From: an uncultured Candidatus Actinomarinales bacterium
GTDB taxonomy: Bacteria; Actinomycetota; Acidimicrobiia; Actinomarinales; Actinomarinaceae
NCBI GenBank assembly: GCA_943789065.1
Contig: CALSSQ010000001.1
Span: 651,827-715,826 of the forward strand
Direction of reading: 5' to 3'
DNA length: 64,000 nucleotides
Position numbers and translations under genes: made by a program. The notes below the pieces were generated by a model, which was not told the origin of the DNA, did no database searches, and was given only the letters and a program-made list of their open reading frames with translations. Of the stretch, positions 1 to 11,166 are shown piece by piece (the first letter of the stretch is position 1; every line of letters begins with the position of its first letter).

Positions 1-996
1 ATCTGAACTATGTATTTTTGATATTCCTTTAGCAATAAGATTATTTTGATCATCAAAGATTTCGACGCCTTCATCATTATCGAAGTTTTTTATTATCTCT
101 TTAATTCCTATAGACAAAAGGGATGCATCGGAACTTATTGCTTCTACAGCTCCAGTATCTATTATTATTTTTCCAATAACTGGCAATCCATAAGCAATCC
201 ATAGTTTTTTTAACTTCACTTTTTTTATTGATGGCTTGATTAATGTACCTATTTCTAGCTCGTTAATACAGTCAAGAACCGCTTCGTTGGTCCAAGGAAT
301 AATTTGTGTTGGTATTCCTGAAAATCCAGCCATTTGAGCAGCCATTATTTTTGTAGAAAATCCACCCATACCTCTTCCAGAAGATGATTTTTCTATTAAA
401 TTTGTGAGTTCCTCTGAATCAAATTCGATATAATCAATTTTTTGAGCATCTTTAGTTGAGGTTGGATCTGCATTGAATAAACCCTCTTGGTCGGTAACAA
501 TTATTAGTTTGTCTGCCTTTGTGATAATCGCCACTATTGCAGAAAGTCGATCATTATCTCCAAATTTAAGTTCTTCTGTTGCAACGATATCATTTTCATT
601 GATCACAGGAATAATGTCTTGATTTAAAAGTTCATTTAAGGCCTCCGTAGTATTCACAAATTGAAATCTATCTTCTAACACGTTCTTAGATATCAGCACT
701 TGTCCTATTTTTAAATTATGGTTATTAAATATACTTTTAAAAGAATTTATTAATTCAATCTGTCCAACCGAAGAAGCTACTTGGAGTGATTTTAAGTTGG
801 TTGGTCTTTTTTTTAAATTTAATTCATTTGCACCTAATTGTACAGCTCCAGATGTGACAATAAGAGTATTAACCCCTTGTGATTTAAGTAATTTTACACT
901 TCTTGCCAGAGACTCTATAAATTGTTTATTAAGCAGTCCATTTTTAATTATGGAGGTGGTTCCAATTTTAATAACAATATTTTTCTTAATTTTCAT
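1..996 (-). CDS. proB: glutamate 5-kinase (3' end runs off window)
   Basis: Manual translation from ATG at 996: MKIKKNIVIKIGTTS...LIVTSGAV...PVINENDIVATEELKFGDNDRLSAIVA; hallmark ProB motifs; directly downstream of obgE. Not in ORF track because it is truncated by the window edge. Confidence 0.93.
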   Translation of the reverse strand, partial: MKIKKNIVIKIGTTSIIKNGLLNKQFIESLARSVKLLKSQGVNTLIVTSGAVQLGANELNLKKRPTNLKSLQVASSVGQIELINSFKSIFNNHNLKIGQVLISKNVLEDRFQFVNTTEALNELLNQDIIPVINENDIVATEELKFGDNDRLSAIVAIITKADKLIIVTDQEGLFNADPTSTKDAQKIDYIEFDSEELTNLIEKSSSGRGMGGFSTKIMAAQMAGFSGIPTQIIPWTNEAVLDCINELEIGTLIKPSIKKVKLKKLWIAYGLPVIGKIIIDTGAVEAISSDASLLSIGIKEIIKNFDNDEGVEIFDDQNNLIAKGISKIHSSD

Positions 997-2185
997 ATAT
1001 AAACTCAAAACTGCCCAATTTGATAGTACTTCCTTTTTTAACTCCTAACAATTTTAATTCCTCTGGAATGACAGAATTTTCAAATCTATAAGAGATTTCA
1101 TTAAAAACATCACTCTCATTTCCTAATAAGCCAGTAATTCTATCTACTTCAGGACCCTCAACATTCCAATAGTCAGCGGATGAATTTTCAATACTGAAAT
1201 TATTTTTGTGTAGTTCTGTTCTTAAAAAACTTCTGTTAAGCGTCTCCAGATTGTTAATGTTAAGTTCTTCTATTTTTTGAAGTAGAATATCTATGTTCGT
1301 CTCTTCTAATGCAGATATGTTTAGCATCCCATCTTCCTTTACATCTAAGTCTGCTTTATTAACAATGTGTAAAACAGGAAGCTTTTCTAATTTTTTATCA
1401 TAGCTATATACTTCATTTTGGAGTAATTTAATTTGCTGATCTGTATTTAGTTCTATGTTTGACGGATCTAATAAAAAAATAAGTACTTTTGTATTAATTA
1501 GGTGTTTCAAAATTGATTTACCTAGCCCCACTCCTGATGCAGCACCTTTTATGAGGCCTGGAAGATCACAGATTATATACTTGCTTTCTAGATTTTCAAT
1601 GACTCCTAGGTTTGGTGACACTGTAGTAAAGGGATATGAATCAGTTTTAGCATTTGAGTTTGTAATTTTTTTAATTAGCGTGCTTTTACCTGAGTTGGGC
1701 AACCCTAAAATTGCAATATCTGTAATTAAACTTAATTCAAGTTTTATTTCTTTTTTAACCCTTTTTTGACCTTGCTCTGCAATTCCTGGATTAATGTTTC
1801 TGCTAGATTTTAACTCCCTATTTCCTAAGCCACCTCTTCCACCTTGTAGTATTTTTAATTCTTGATTTTCATGAATTAATTTAGCAACTAACCCTTCACT
1901 ATCAATAACACTTGTACCTAGTGGGACCTCTACTATTAAATCATTGGCATTTTTACCAGATTGTAAATTTTTAGATGCATCACCACCATTTTCAGCTTTA
2001 AATATGCTTTTAGAATAAATATGGCTGAAATCAAATAGCTTTCTATTTGTTCTTATGATTATCGATCCGCCTTTACCACCACTAGCGCCATTAGGTGAAG
2101 TTTTAGAGCTTTTAGAACTGAAGCTAATTGAGCCGGATCCCCCAGAGCCAGAAAAAAGTGTTAGATCAATCTTGTCGATGAACAT
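986..2185 (-). CDS. obgE: GTPase ObgE/CgtA
   Basis: Gly-rich Obg N-terminus, GLPNSGKST P-loop, YPFTT, DLPG, NKAD, C-terminal OCT-like segment; follows rplU-rpmA. Confidence 0.95.
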   Translation of the reverse strand: MFIDKIDLTLFSGSGGSGSISFSSKSSKTSPNGASGGKGGSIIIRTNRKLFDFSHIYSKSIFKAENGGDASKNLQSGKNANDLIVEVPLGTSVIDSEGLVAKLIHENQELKILQGGRGGLGNRELKSSRNINPGIAEQGQKRVKKEIKLELSLITDIAILGLPNSGKSTLIKKITNSNAKTDSYPFTTVSPNLGVIENLESKYIICDLPGLIKGAASGVGLGKSILKHLINTKVLIFLLDPSNIELNTDQQIKLLQNEVYSYDKKLEKLPVLHIVNKADLDVKEDGMLNISALEETNIDILLQKIEELNINNLETLNRSFLRTELHKNNFSIENSSADYWNVEGPEVDRITGLLGNESDVFNEISYRFENSVIPEELKLLGVKKGSTIKLGSFEFIYEN

Positions 2186-2189
2186 TGCT

Positions 2190-2441
2190 TCATTTTGGAA
2201 TGATATTTACTAGTTTTCTACCATTCCTTGAAGAATACTTGACTACTCCATCTATTTTTGCAAAAAGAGTGTCGTCCCCACCTTTGGAGACATTCTCTCC
2301 GGGGTGGATTTTGGTTCCACGTTGTCTAATAACAATAGAACCTGCAGAAATATCTTGACCATCAAAAACTTTTGTGCCTAATCGTTTGGATTCGGAATCT
2401 CTACCATTTCTTGTTGAACCACCAGCTTTAGTTTTTGACAT
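2190..2441 (-). CDS. rpmA: 50S ribosomal protein L27
   Basis: [22 protein letters not shown]...[13 protein letters not shown]; start moved to ATG 2441, which is preceded by AGGAG. Confidence 0.97.
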   Translation of the reverse strand: MSKTKAGGSTRNGRDSESKRLGTKVFDGQDISAGSIVIRQRGTKIHPGENVSKGGDDTLFAKIDGVVKYSSRNGRKLVNIIPK

Positions 2442-2442
2442 A

Positions 2443-2769
2443 TTACTCCTCTTCTCCAAATTCAGAATTAGAAATAGAGGTTATCTTTATTATCTTTTTG
2501 TCTTCTCTATAACCCATTTTTCTTCGGTTACCAGTCTTGTTTTTATACTGGAAGATATTTATTTTTTTACTTTTAGTATCACCCATAAATTCAAATTCGA
2601 CCAATGAACCTTTTAAAGAATCTTTATCAGCTTTTATACTTCCCTTGCTAGAACCCATAAAAATTGGCTCAATAGCTTCATTAGGGAAATTGTGAGGAAC
2701 TTCAATTGTGTCCCCTACTGATACTCTTTGCTGAATTGCTCCAACTTTAATTACTGCATATATACTCAT
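2443..2769 (-). CDS. rplU: 50S ribosomal protein L21
   Basis: YAVIKVG..QQRV..GD and [14 protein letters not shown] motifs; position upstream of rpmA. Confidence 0.93.
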   Translation of the reverse strand: MSIYAVIKVGAIQQRVSVGDTIEVPHNFPNEAIEPIFMGSSKGSIKADKDSLKGSLVEFEFMGDTKSKKINIFQYKNKTGNRRKMGYREDKKIIKITSISNSEFGEEE

Positions 2770-2776
2770 AACTAAA

Positions 2777-4252
2777 TCACTCTACTACGGCTTCAGATTC
2801 AAGTATATTATTTTCTTGTGAATTATTTGAAAAGATATCATTTATAATTAGACCCCTTCCATTGCATTCTTCACATTCCTCAGAGAATGTTTCAATTAGA
2901 CCAGCTGCTACATTTTTTCGTGTCATCTCAACAAGCCCTAATCTAGATACTTCAAATACCTGTGTTCTTGTTTTGTCTTTTGCTAGTTCTTGTTTTAATT
3001 TAGTAAGTAAACTTTGTTGTTTTTTAATTGATTCCATGTCAATAAAATCAATTACAATAATTCCACCAATATCTCTTAACCTAAGTTGACGAGCAATTTC
3101 CTCCGCTGCTTCAAGATTATTTTCATAGACTGTTTCTTCCAGACTATCCTTACCAACAAATTTACCCGTATTGACATCAATAACTGTTAAAGCTTCAGTA
3201 GGATCAATTATCAAGTGACCTCCTGATGGTAACCATACTTTTCTATCTAGAGCTTTTTGAATTTGATCTTCTATGTGATACCTCTCAAATAAATCCAACT
3301 TATCGTCATAGCTTTCGATTATGTTAGTGAGTTCTGGAGAGGTGTCCTCTACATATCTTTTTACATTATCAAAATTTTTGTTCTTCTCAATTAAAAGTTT
3401 TTTAAAATTTGAGTTCAAATGCTCTCTTATAACTTTGATTGATACATCAGGTTCCTCGTGAATGAGAACAGGAGCAGTACCTTGATTGCTTGAGGAAACA
3501 GCAGCCCATTCATCGGCTAATTTATCTATATCATTTTTTAAAGAAGATTCAGAAACACCCTCAGCGGCTGTTCTAACAATAACTCCGAAGCCCTCAGGTT
3601 TAATTTTTCTAATTATCCTATCCAGTCTTGACCTTTCTTGCTCAGGGAGTCTTCTAGAAATACCCTTTGTGTTGGAGTTGGGAATTAATACTAAATATCT
3701 TCCAGGAAAAGAAATTTGACCAGTTAATCTAGCTCCTTTCTCCCCCATTGCATCTTTCACAACTTGCACTAAAATTTCCTGCTCAGGTTTCAAAAGATGT
3801 TCAATTTTTGAATTTCTTTTTGAATTTGAGATATCTGCAACATAAATTACACCATTTTTTTCTTCTCCGAATGAAACGAAAGCAGCTTCCATCCCTGGTA
3901 ATATATTTTTTACTTTTCCTAGATAAATGTTGCCTACAAGTGATTTTTTCTTATCTTGCGCGGAATAATACTCCACGAGAGATGCTCCCTCAAGAATTGC
4001 AATCTTCGAAGATCCCCCTTTGAAACTTATAAGCATTTGTTTTTTTTCTACATTTGGGACTGGTAAAGGCGCTTCTTTAAACCATGTTTGATTGTTAGAC
4101 CTATTGTTTCTGTAGTTTTTTCTATTAGGCCTACTAACAGTAGTTCCTGTTTTAATCTTTACTTTTTGACCTTTAAACCATTTAGTTTCTGTCTTATTTA
4201 ATGGTTCATCGCTTTTTCGTATTACTTTTGATTTTTTGAATAATCCAAACAT
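2777..4252 (-). CDS. rne: ribonuclease E/G family endoribonuclease
   Basis: S1 domain GNIYLGKVKNILPGMEAAF, catalytic DVNTGK and GGIIVIDFIDM, Zn-link CEECNGRG; likely start 4252 after GGAGG. Confidence 0.93.
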   Translation of the reverse strand: MFGLFKKSKVIRKSDEPLNKTETKWFKGQKVKIKTGTTVSRPNRKNYRNNRSNNQTWFKEAPLPVPNVEKKQMLISFKGGSSKIAILEGASLVEYYSAQDKKKSLVGNIYLGKVKNILPGMEAAFVSFGEEKNGVIYVADISNSKRNSKIEHLLKPEQEILVQVVKDAMGEKGARLTGQISFPGRYLVLIPNSNTKGISRRLPEQERSRLDRIIRKIKPEGFGVIVRTAAEGVSESSLKNDIDKLADEWAAVSSSNQGTAPVLIHEEPDVSIKVIREHLNSNFKKLLIEKNKNFDNVKRYVEDTSPELTNIIESYDDKLDLFERYHIEDQIQKALDRKVWLPSGGHLIIDPTEALTVIDVNTGKFVGKDSLEETVYENNLEAAEEIARQLRLRDIGGIIVIDFIDMESIKKQQSLLTKLKQELAKDKTRTQVFEVSRLGLVEMTRKNVAAGLIETFSEECEECNGRGLIINDIFSNNSQENNILESEAVVE

Positions 4253-4321
4253 TAAAACCTCCATGTTGATGTGAAAATATATTATAAAAACTCATACTCT
4301 AAGAGTAATAGGTATTGAATA

Positions 4322-5392
4322 TTAAATAACTACGTTATTTTCAATAAAGATTCTATTTATAATTCCAAAAATAACTGCAGTAGCAATTATAGAAGAGCCA
4401 CCTAAGCTTAAAAGGGGAAATGGCATTCCAGTAACAGGTATAACCCCAATTACTGTTGATATATTAATAAAGATTTGAAAAATTAATGAAGCAGAGAAAC
4501 CAGCAAGAACAAATTTTTCAAACTCAGAATTAGTAGTTAATATTATCCTTGCAACACGATAAAAGAAAAATATCCAGAGTCCGAATAATAAAAGAACACC
4601 TAGGAATCCAAACTGATATGCAAATGCTGAAAAAATAAAATCAGTGCTTTGGACCGGTATAAAAATCTGATTAATCTTATCGACTTCAAAAAACTGTCCA
4701 GTAATTCCACCACTCGAAATTGCTAATCGACTTTGTGACTGCGCAAAATCAACTGTCTCGAAAAAGTTGGTGACGCGATTGAGTTGATATTGATTAATTA
4801 ATCCAAATTCCAGAAAAATAAAGAAAAATATGCCACCAAGTAATAACAAAAATATAATACTTCGAATTCTTATATCAGATACGAGAAACATACTTAAAGT
4901 AATGACTATCAATAATGTTGTCGTACCTAAATCAGGTTGGAAAAAAACAAGGGAAATTGAAAATAATGAGAATATACCAATATAAACTTTATTATAATTT
5001 TCAACGAAACACTTGGATATAAAAAGTACAAGCGCAATTTTTATATATTCTGAAGGTTGAAAATCTATTACACCTAAGTCATACCATCTACGAACACCCT
5101 CTTTTGGGTCTGTCGTAAAAATAAAAATAAGCAAAATTGTTATAAGTCCAAAAAAAGGAAATGTATATAGATTAATTTGATCCATTGATATATACGTAAT
5201 CGCAAAAAATAAAATAACCGAAAGCAAAGTAAAGACGATTTGCCTAAATAGTGAGTTATTTAAATCTAAAGATAAGCCATCCGACAGAGTAAATAGAGTT
5301 AACCAAGAAATAAAATTAAGAACCAAAAAGATTACTAGTAGTGTTAGGTTGGTTCCCTCTGGACCCAAAAGAGTAATTTTTCTCTCTCTCAT
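4322..5392 (-). CDS. rodA: rod shape-determining SEDS glycosyltransferase RodA
   Basis: Multi-TM protein with RRW..LG..FQPSE..K, QPDLGT, TDFIFS and GMPFPLLSLGGSS; follows the PBP2 gene. Confidence 0.9.
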   Translation of the reverse strand: MRERKITLLGPEGTNLTLLVIFLVLNFISWLTLFTLSDGLSLDLNNSLFRQIVFTLLSVILFFAITYISMDQINLYTFPFFGLITILLIFIFTTDPKEGVRRWYDLGVIDFQPSEYIKIALVLFISKCFVENYNKVYIGIFSLFSISLVFFQPDLGTTTLLIVITLSMFLVSDIRIRSIIFLLLLGGIFFFIFLEFGLINQYQLNRVTNFFETVDFAQSQSRLAISSGGITGQFFEVDKINQIFIPVQSTDFIFSAFAYQFGFLGVLLLFGLWIFFFYRVARIILTTNSEFEKFVLAGFSASLIFQIFINISTVIGVIPVTGMPFPLLSLGGSSIIATAVIFGIINRIFIENNVVI

Positions 5393-7224
5393 TCGGTAAT
5401 CTCTCCAAATTTAACTGGTGTTATCTCCATCTCTCTTAAAGACTGTATAACTCTTCGAGTCACTGGTGCAGCTATAGCGCTCCCAGAACCCCCCTCTTCT
5501 ACAACCGTGGCAATAATATATCTTGGGTTGCTTACTGAATCTACGCCAACAAACCATGAAGTATTATTTTTATCTCCTGAGTTTTGTGCCGTTCCAGTTT
5601 TTCCACCAACATCTTTGACTTTATTACCAAGGATTGAAAAAGAAGCATGTGCTGTGCCACCCTCGTTAGTTACAGAATTAAGATCTTTAAGTAAAAAATT
5701 GACAAAATCTTCAGTTACTCCAATAGATTCTTCTGATTGGCTCTCTCTATTCTTATTAATGTATGGGTTGCTTAAATTACCAGAAATCAGAGTTCTGTAT
5801 GCATTTGCAACCTGGATAGGTGTACTTGTTATAGCTCCTTGACCAATAATAAGGTTCATTAAATCTCCACCTAACCAACCCTCTGGTCTAACACGCTCTG
5901 GTTGAGATATTGCCCAGTTTTCGAAAAGCTCTCTATCTGGTACTACTCCGTTTGCTTCGTACGGTAAATCAATATTTGTGGCTGTACCAAAGCCCAAATT
6001 TTTAGCGTACTCCTGAAGAATTGACTCCGCTGTTGTACCTTCATAGTCTCTCCATATTTTTAGAGCAATATCCCAGAAATAAACATTACAAGATTGCTTA
6101 AGAGAAGATCCTAAATCTACATTTCCATGACCGTCTTCTTTCCAGTCGTTATAAACTTGTTGAGACCCATCATCGAAACCAAATGAAAGACTACCTTTGC
6201 AGTTAATTCTCTGATTTCTTGAGGATAAGCCTTCTGGAAAGATATTTTCTTGCTCTGCAAGCCAGTATGCAACTACTTTAAAAACTGATCCTGGAGGATA
6301 TTGACCTTGAATAGGGTAATTAATAAAAGCCCCTGATATATTTAGTTTATTAAAATCTGTCTGAGATATCCCATCAACAAAATTGTTAGGGTTGTAATCA
6401 GGAAGTGAAACAAGCGAAATTACTTCATTTGTTCTGATATCTAAAACAACAATAGCCCCTTTTTGTACTTTATTTTTTGTCTCATATTTTTCGTTTGCTA
6501 ATTCAATACCCTGTAATAAAGACTCTGTTGCTATTGTTTGAAGCTTGATATCTAAACTTGTAAATATGTCTTTTCCAGGAGTACCCTTTATTATCTGGGC
6601 TATTTCATCATCTTTGAATATTATTTCGGTAGGTAGGCCTGCTAAATCATCTTGATAATATCTTTCCAAACCGCTTTTACCTACTATATTTGGGTTAATC
6701 GAAAGAGGGAAATCTTTAGCATCTTCCAATGACGGTTCTCCCAAGTAGCCTACAATGTGCGATGCAATATTATTGTATTCATATTTGCGTACGGGAAAAT
6801 CAAAAATTTCAAATGCCTCTAGGGAAACCAAGCTTTGTCTGTTGTCAAAATTAATGTCTTGAATGTTAACAATTCTTACTAATAGATCTTCACTTTCGAA
6901 TATCTCATCAATAAAGTCTTCGCCTAAATCAACAAAGTTATATTGTATATACTGTTCATATTGGCTTCGATTGTTATCGTTAATTTTTCTAAGATTTAAA
7001 AAAAGATGTGGCTCTAAGGAGGAAGATACAAGCTTATTATTGTTCGCATCAAAAATTTCACCCCTTGGAGATGGGATATAGAATGTATCAAGTGTTTGTT
7101 TTTTTACTGATACTAAAGAAGCTTCCCTATCAGATGTTTGTAAATTATAAACATTAAAGAGTAATGTAAGAAAGATTAAGCCTATTAAGGTAGTGAGTAG
7201 TCTAAATTTTTGCTGAAAAAACAT
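5389..7224 (-). CDS. mrdA: penicillin-binding protein 2 (class B transpeptidase)
   Basis: N-terminal TM, PRGEIFD, active-site SVFK, SCN and KTG motifs; lies in the mre cluster. Confidence 0.92.
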   Translation of the reverse strand: MFFQQKFRLLTTLIGLIFLTLLFNVYNLQTSDREASLVSVKKQTLDTFYIPSPRGEIFDANNNKLVSSSLEPHLFLNLRKINDNNRSQYEQYIQYNFVDLGEDFIDEIFESEDLLVRIVNIQDINFDNRQSLVSLEAFEIFDFPVRKYEYNNIASHIVGYLGEPSLEDAKDFPLSINPNIVGKSGLERYYQDDLAGLPTEIIFKDDEIAQIIKGTPGKDIFTSLDIKLQTIATESLLQGIELANEKYETKNKVQKGAIVVLDIRTNEVISLVSLPDYNPNNFVDGISQTDFNKLNISGAFINYPIQGQYPPGSVFKVVAYWLAEQENIFPEGLSSRNQRINCKGSLSFGFDDGSQQVYNDWKEDGHGNVDLGSSLKQSCNVYFWDIALKIWRDYEGTTAESILQEYAKNLGFGTATNIDLPYEANGVVPDRELFENWAISQPERVRPEGWLGGDLMNLIIGQGAITSTPIQVANAYRTLISGNLSNPYINKNRESQSEESIGVTEDFVNFLLKDLNSVTNEGGTAHASFSILGNKVKDVGGKTGTAQNSGDKNNTSWFVGVDSVSNPRYIIATVVEEGGSGSAIAAPVTRRVIQSLREMEITPVKFGEITE

Positions 7225-7673
7225 CTCTTCTAAGATTACTGTTCAATGCTCTAAATAAAAGGAAATTAGGTAAACAAATAACTAAAAAATAAAATAGTGA
7301 CATGCCGATATCTGCCACAATCAGCTCATATTTATAAAGTAACAAACATATATAAAATAATAAAAAATTAGTAAAAATACTCTTACTCAATTTTTGTTGA
7401 AATGAAATGGGTAACAATACAAATAAATAAGAATTTTATTGAAGTTTCTCCTAAAAAGTTAGAGGTATAAAATATATCATAATAAAAACCACTTAAGACA
7501 ATAATTAATACAGAACTCCTTGAGAAATAATTTGTTGAGACATAAAAAAGATAAATAAGAAACGGATAAAATTCAAAATACACATTATTGGTTAGAAAAG
7601 TATTAACTCTTATTTCAGTGAATATTAAAAAAAATGTTGCAAAAGTTACAATGAGATTCTTAAGGTACGTCAT
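7202..7673 (-). pseudogene. mreD: MreD-like membrane protein split by a +1 frameshift (or sequencing error)
   Basis: Two overlapping hydrophobic ORFs (7383-7673, 7202-7417) between mreC and mrdA; removing one A from the A5 run near 7391-7395 joins them into a 156-aa membrane protein with a G..YD motif. Confidence 0.7.
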
Positions 7674-8465
7674 TTTGTTTTTAATAAATAAATATTTGAA
7701 AAGTAATTGATATTAAAATTTATCTCTTGTTCGGCAGTAATTTTATTATTGGCGATATTTATTGATGTGGAGGACAAATCAACAATTGGGAATTGTCCAG
7801 GATGGCCAAAAGTGATATCTGTATAAATGTACTTTATGTCAGTATTTTCCTTCCTTTAGGTTTGTTGAGCTGACATATAAGTTTTTGCTATCTGAAGTTA
7901 TTAAATACTCATTACCATATTTATCAATACCTTCAATTGAAAAAGAAGGATTAAGAATTGTAGAAATAATAGATCTATCTTGTCTAACTTCTGAAATGAC
8001 CCCAACTACGTAGGAATTATCGTCTATAACTAAATCTTTTTCACTAAGGTTAAGGTTTTCTCCACCTGAGATAATGTATTGGTCTGTAAGAGTTTTAAAT
8101 ATAATCGAAGATTCAAAAATATCATAAATTGAAGAATCAACCTCTTTAACAACAAATTTATTTGCCTCATTCTCAATCTTAAGTTTTTCGTTTTCAACTT
8201 TGAGTTTTCGTAATTCAATGACTTCATTTTTTAATCTAATATTTTCATTTATTAAATTACTCTTACTTTTAAATATTTCGATTTCAGGAAAACGGAAATT
8301 AGAATTTATTAGTGGTGTAGGTGACAATATACTCAATTTATTATTCAAGTAGGTTGATACACTTTTGTCAGAAAAAATATCAACTGTAAGTACTGTTGCA
8401 GATAAAAGAATACCCAAAATGTAAAAAACATACACACGTCTTTTAGGACTGTTGTTATTGATCAT
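7670..8465 (-). pseudogene. mreC: MreC split by a +1 frameshift (or sequencing error)
   Basis: TM, coiled coil and beta domain (VVGVISEV); ORF stops at 7839, but another frame continues ENTDIKYIYTDITFGHPGQFPI... to a TGA at 7670-7672 overlapping the mreD ATG; a one-base deletion near 7850 gives 264 aa. Confidence 0.75.
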
Positions 8466-8468
8466 GGT

Positions 8469-9512
8469 TTAATTTGGTTTTGGTGATGACTTCAACACTG
8501 TCCTAAAATCTTCAAACCTTTCGAGGCAAATGCCTGATCCTACTACGACTGTACTTAGTGGGTCATCTGTCATATTTATTGGAATACCTAGCTCTTCTGC
8601 AATTTTTCTATCAAGCTGTTTTAGAATTGATCCGCCACCTGTGAGCCAGGCCCCATCTTTATCAATATCAGAAACTAGTGCTGGGGGTGTTTTAGATAGT
8701 GAAATTCTTATAGCCTCAATAATTTCATTTACTATTGGGGCCAAAGCATCTCGTACATCTGAGGCCTCTAGTAATACCTGCTTTGGTACACCTTTCACTA
8801 TATCTCTACCTGTCACTGTAACCTGTGGTTCCTTGTCGAATTGAAAAGCAGATCCAACAGCATGTTTAAGGGACTCTGCAATTCCCTCATCAATTAACAT
8901 TGCATGTTCACTTCTAAGATATTCAATTAGTCTCTCTGTCATATCCTCTCCGCCTATACGAACAGAGTTAGCATTTACAACATCACCCATGGAGATCACT
9001 GCAATTTCAGTTGTACCACCACCAATATCAATAACCATATTTCCGACTGGTTCAAAAACTTGTAAGCCTGCACCTATTGAGGCTGCCATTGGCTCTTCTA
9101 TAGTAAAGACTTCAGATGCACCTGTGGCATGAGCTGCTGTTTCAATTGACCTTTGCTCAACACTAGTTACACCATTTGGAACGCATATGACTATTCTTGG
9201 TTTTGAATAAGCTCTACCTATTGCCCTAGTTAACAAGGTTTTGACTAGTTCCTCAGCCATTTCAATCTCTGAGATTACTCCATCTCGCAGGGGTTTTACT
9301 AGTTCAATTGAGTCTGGAACGCGTCCAATAAGCTTTTTGGCTTCATTTCCAACAGCTAAAATACTTCCATCACCTTTGTTTATGGCAAGTATTGTAGGTT
9401 CATCAACCACTACGCCTACACCTTTTACATAAATAAGGGTATTTGCGGTTCCAAGATCTATTGCAATATCATTACCGCCAAATAAAGTTCTTCTAAGATT
9501 TAATCCTGCCAT
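8469..9512 (-). CDS. mreB: actin-like rod shape protein MreB
   Basis: IAIDLGTANT, PLRDGVI, EEPMAA, DIGGGTTE, LTGGG. Confidence 0.97.
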   Translation of the reverse strand: MAGLNLRRTLFGGNDIAIDLGTANTLIYVKGVGVVVDEPTILAINKGDGSILAVGNEAKKLIGRVPDSIELVKPLRDGVISEIEMAEELVKTLLTRAIGRAYSKPRIVICVPNGVTSVEQRSIETAAHATGASEVFTIEEPMAASIGAGLQVFEPVGNMVIDIGGGTTEIAVISMGDVVNANSVRIGGEDMTERLIEYLRSEHAMLIDEGIAESLKHAVGSAFQFDKEPQVTVTGRDIVKGVPKQVLLEASDVRDALAPIVNEIIEAIRISLSKTPPALVSDIDKDGAWLTGGGSILKQLDRKIAEELGIPINMTDDPLSTVVVGSGICLERFEDFRTVLKSSPKPN

Positions 9513-9559
9513 GTATATTCAGAATAATAGACTAAATATTCAAGTGAAATAGAATTTTT

Positions 9560-9955
9560 TTAGTTAAAAAATAGTCCCAACTCTCTTGTGGCACTCTCTT
9601 CAGAGTCAGAGCCGTGGACTACATTTTCCTCAAGCTTAGATGCCAAATCTCCTCTAATTGTTCCAGGTTCAGCATCTGCGGGGTTTGTTGCTCCCATGAG
9701 TTCTCTAACAGCAAGAACAGCATTATCTCCCTCAACTTGCATTGCAACAACTGGACCGCTGGTTATAAAAGTGACCAAATCACCAAAAAAGGGCTTTTCT
9801 GAGTGCTCTGCATAGTGCATTTCTGCTAGTTCAGTAGAAATTTGCATCATTTTCATCTTTGTAATTACAAAGTCTTCTTTTTCTACTCTATTGACAACAT
9901 CGCCAATTATGTTTCTTTTAACTCCGTCGGGTTTAATCATAAAAAATGTTTTCAT
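9560..9955 (-). CDS. ndk: nucleoside diphosphate kinase
   Basis: [26 protein letters not shown]. Confidence 0.98.
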   Translation of the reverse strand: MKTFFMIKPDGVKRNIIGDVVNRVEKEDFVITKMKMMQISTELAEMHYAEHSEKPFFGDLVTFITSGPVVAMQVEGDNAVLAVRELMGATNPADAEPGTIRGDLASKLEENVVHGSDSEESATRELGLFFN

Positions 9956-11166
9956 TTGTATTCCTTTATATATTCTCCAATTAAATATAAACTACCTAAC
10001 AAAATAGATGGCTTGTTAGACAAATGAAATTCTTTTAATGTACTTTTTTGGATTTCTTTATTATTAGCTATAAAAAATTTTTCCAACGTATAAGTTTTTT
10101 GTTGTTTAAAAAAACTACCATCTTCGAGAACCTTGATATTCAAATAATTCTTTAACCATATTGTTGTTAGCATTTCCCTATAATCCTTATTTTTATTGAA
10201 GCCGACATAACAATCAAAATTTTTAACATCATCTATGTTGTAGGAATATTCAAGTAGATCAAAAAAAGCCTTAATTCCTGAAGGATTGTGCGCGCCATCG
10301 ATAATTTTTAGACTAGGGAGATTTTGGATTATCTGAAACCTACCTTCTGTTTTCATTTTGTTAATATTTTTAAGATAAAACGGATCATTGTCAAAATTAT
10401 CAGTTTTATTTAGATTACTAAGAATAACTTTCGATACTTTAATTGCATTACTTTGATTAGATTCCAAATAATTTGTTTTAACAATACTTGATGAATTAGC
10501 ATATTCATCAGCTATAAAACCTAAATAATAGTCTTCATTTTTTACTTTTAGAGAATCTTTGATGAGATGTTCATACTTTGTATGTATTTCTATGCTTCCG
10601 TTTATGAATTTTTTTACATTTCTTGATACCAATATTTTTTCATGTAAAATTTCTTCTATAGTCGTACCTAGCAGTTCAGTATGATCTAAACCAATATTGG
10701 TTAAACACACTATCTGGCTATTTAATATTGAAGTTGTATCTAGCCGTCCTCCAATACCAGCCTCAACAATAAAGATATCTAAATTATTGTTTAAAAAATA
10801 AGTTGCAGCAATCAAAAAAATCGACTCAAAATATCCAAGAGTAATTTTATTTGTATCTTCAAATACTCTTACCTTCTTCATTCCCCTATCAAGATCAATA
10901 TCTTTTATAATTTCTTTTTTAATTTGAATCCTTTCATTCACATTGACTAAGTGAGGGGATGTAAAAAGTAGCGTACTTAAGCCATTTCTAGATAACAATT
11001 CATTTAGAACAGTAGCCGTTGAAGTCTTACCATTTGTACCAACTATTGAAACTGATCTCTGGCTTAATAGTTGTTTCTCTTCTTGGGAAAAAAAGTTTGA
11101 TAATATTTCTAAGTTCTTGTTTGAGTTAGATGACGCTTTTTGTAATAGGTAATGAAGGTTATCCAT
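9952..11166 (-). CDS. folC: folylpolyglutamate synthase/dihydrofolate synthase
   Basis: [44 protein letters not shown]; valS-folC-ndk synteny. Confidence 0.9.
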   Translation of the reverse strand: MDNLHYLLQKASSNSNKNLEILSNFFSQEEKQLLSQRSVSIVGTNGKTSTATVLNELLSRNGLSTLLFTSPHLVNVNERIQIKKEIIKDIDLDRGMKKVRVFEDTNKITLGYFESIFLIAATYFLNNNLDIFIVEAGIGGRLDTTSILNSQIVCLTNIGLDHTELLGTTIEEILHEKILVSRNVKKFINGSIEIHTKYEHLIKDSLKVKNEDYYLGFIADEYANSSSIVKTNYLESNQSNAIKVSKVILSNLNKTDNFDNDPFYLKNINKMKTEGRFQIIQNLPSLKIIDGAHNPSGIKAFFDLLEYSYNIDDVKNFDCYVGFNKNKDYREMLTTIWLKNYLNIKVLEDGSFFKQQKTYTLEKFFIANNKEIQKSTLKEFHLSNKPSILLGSLYLIGEYIKEYK

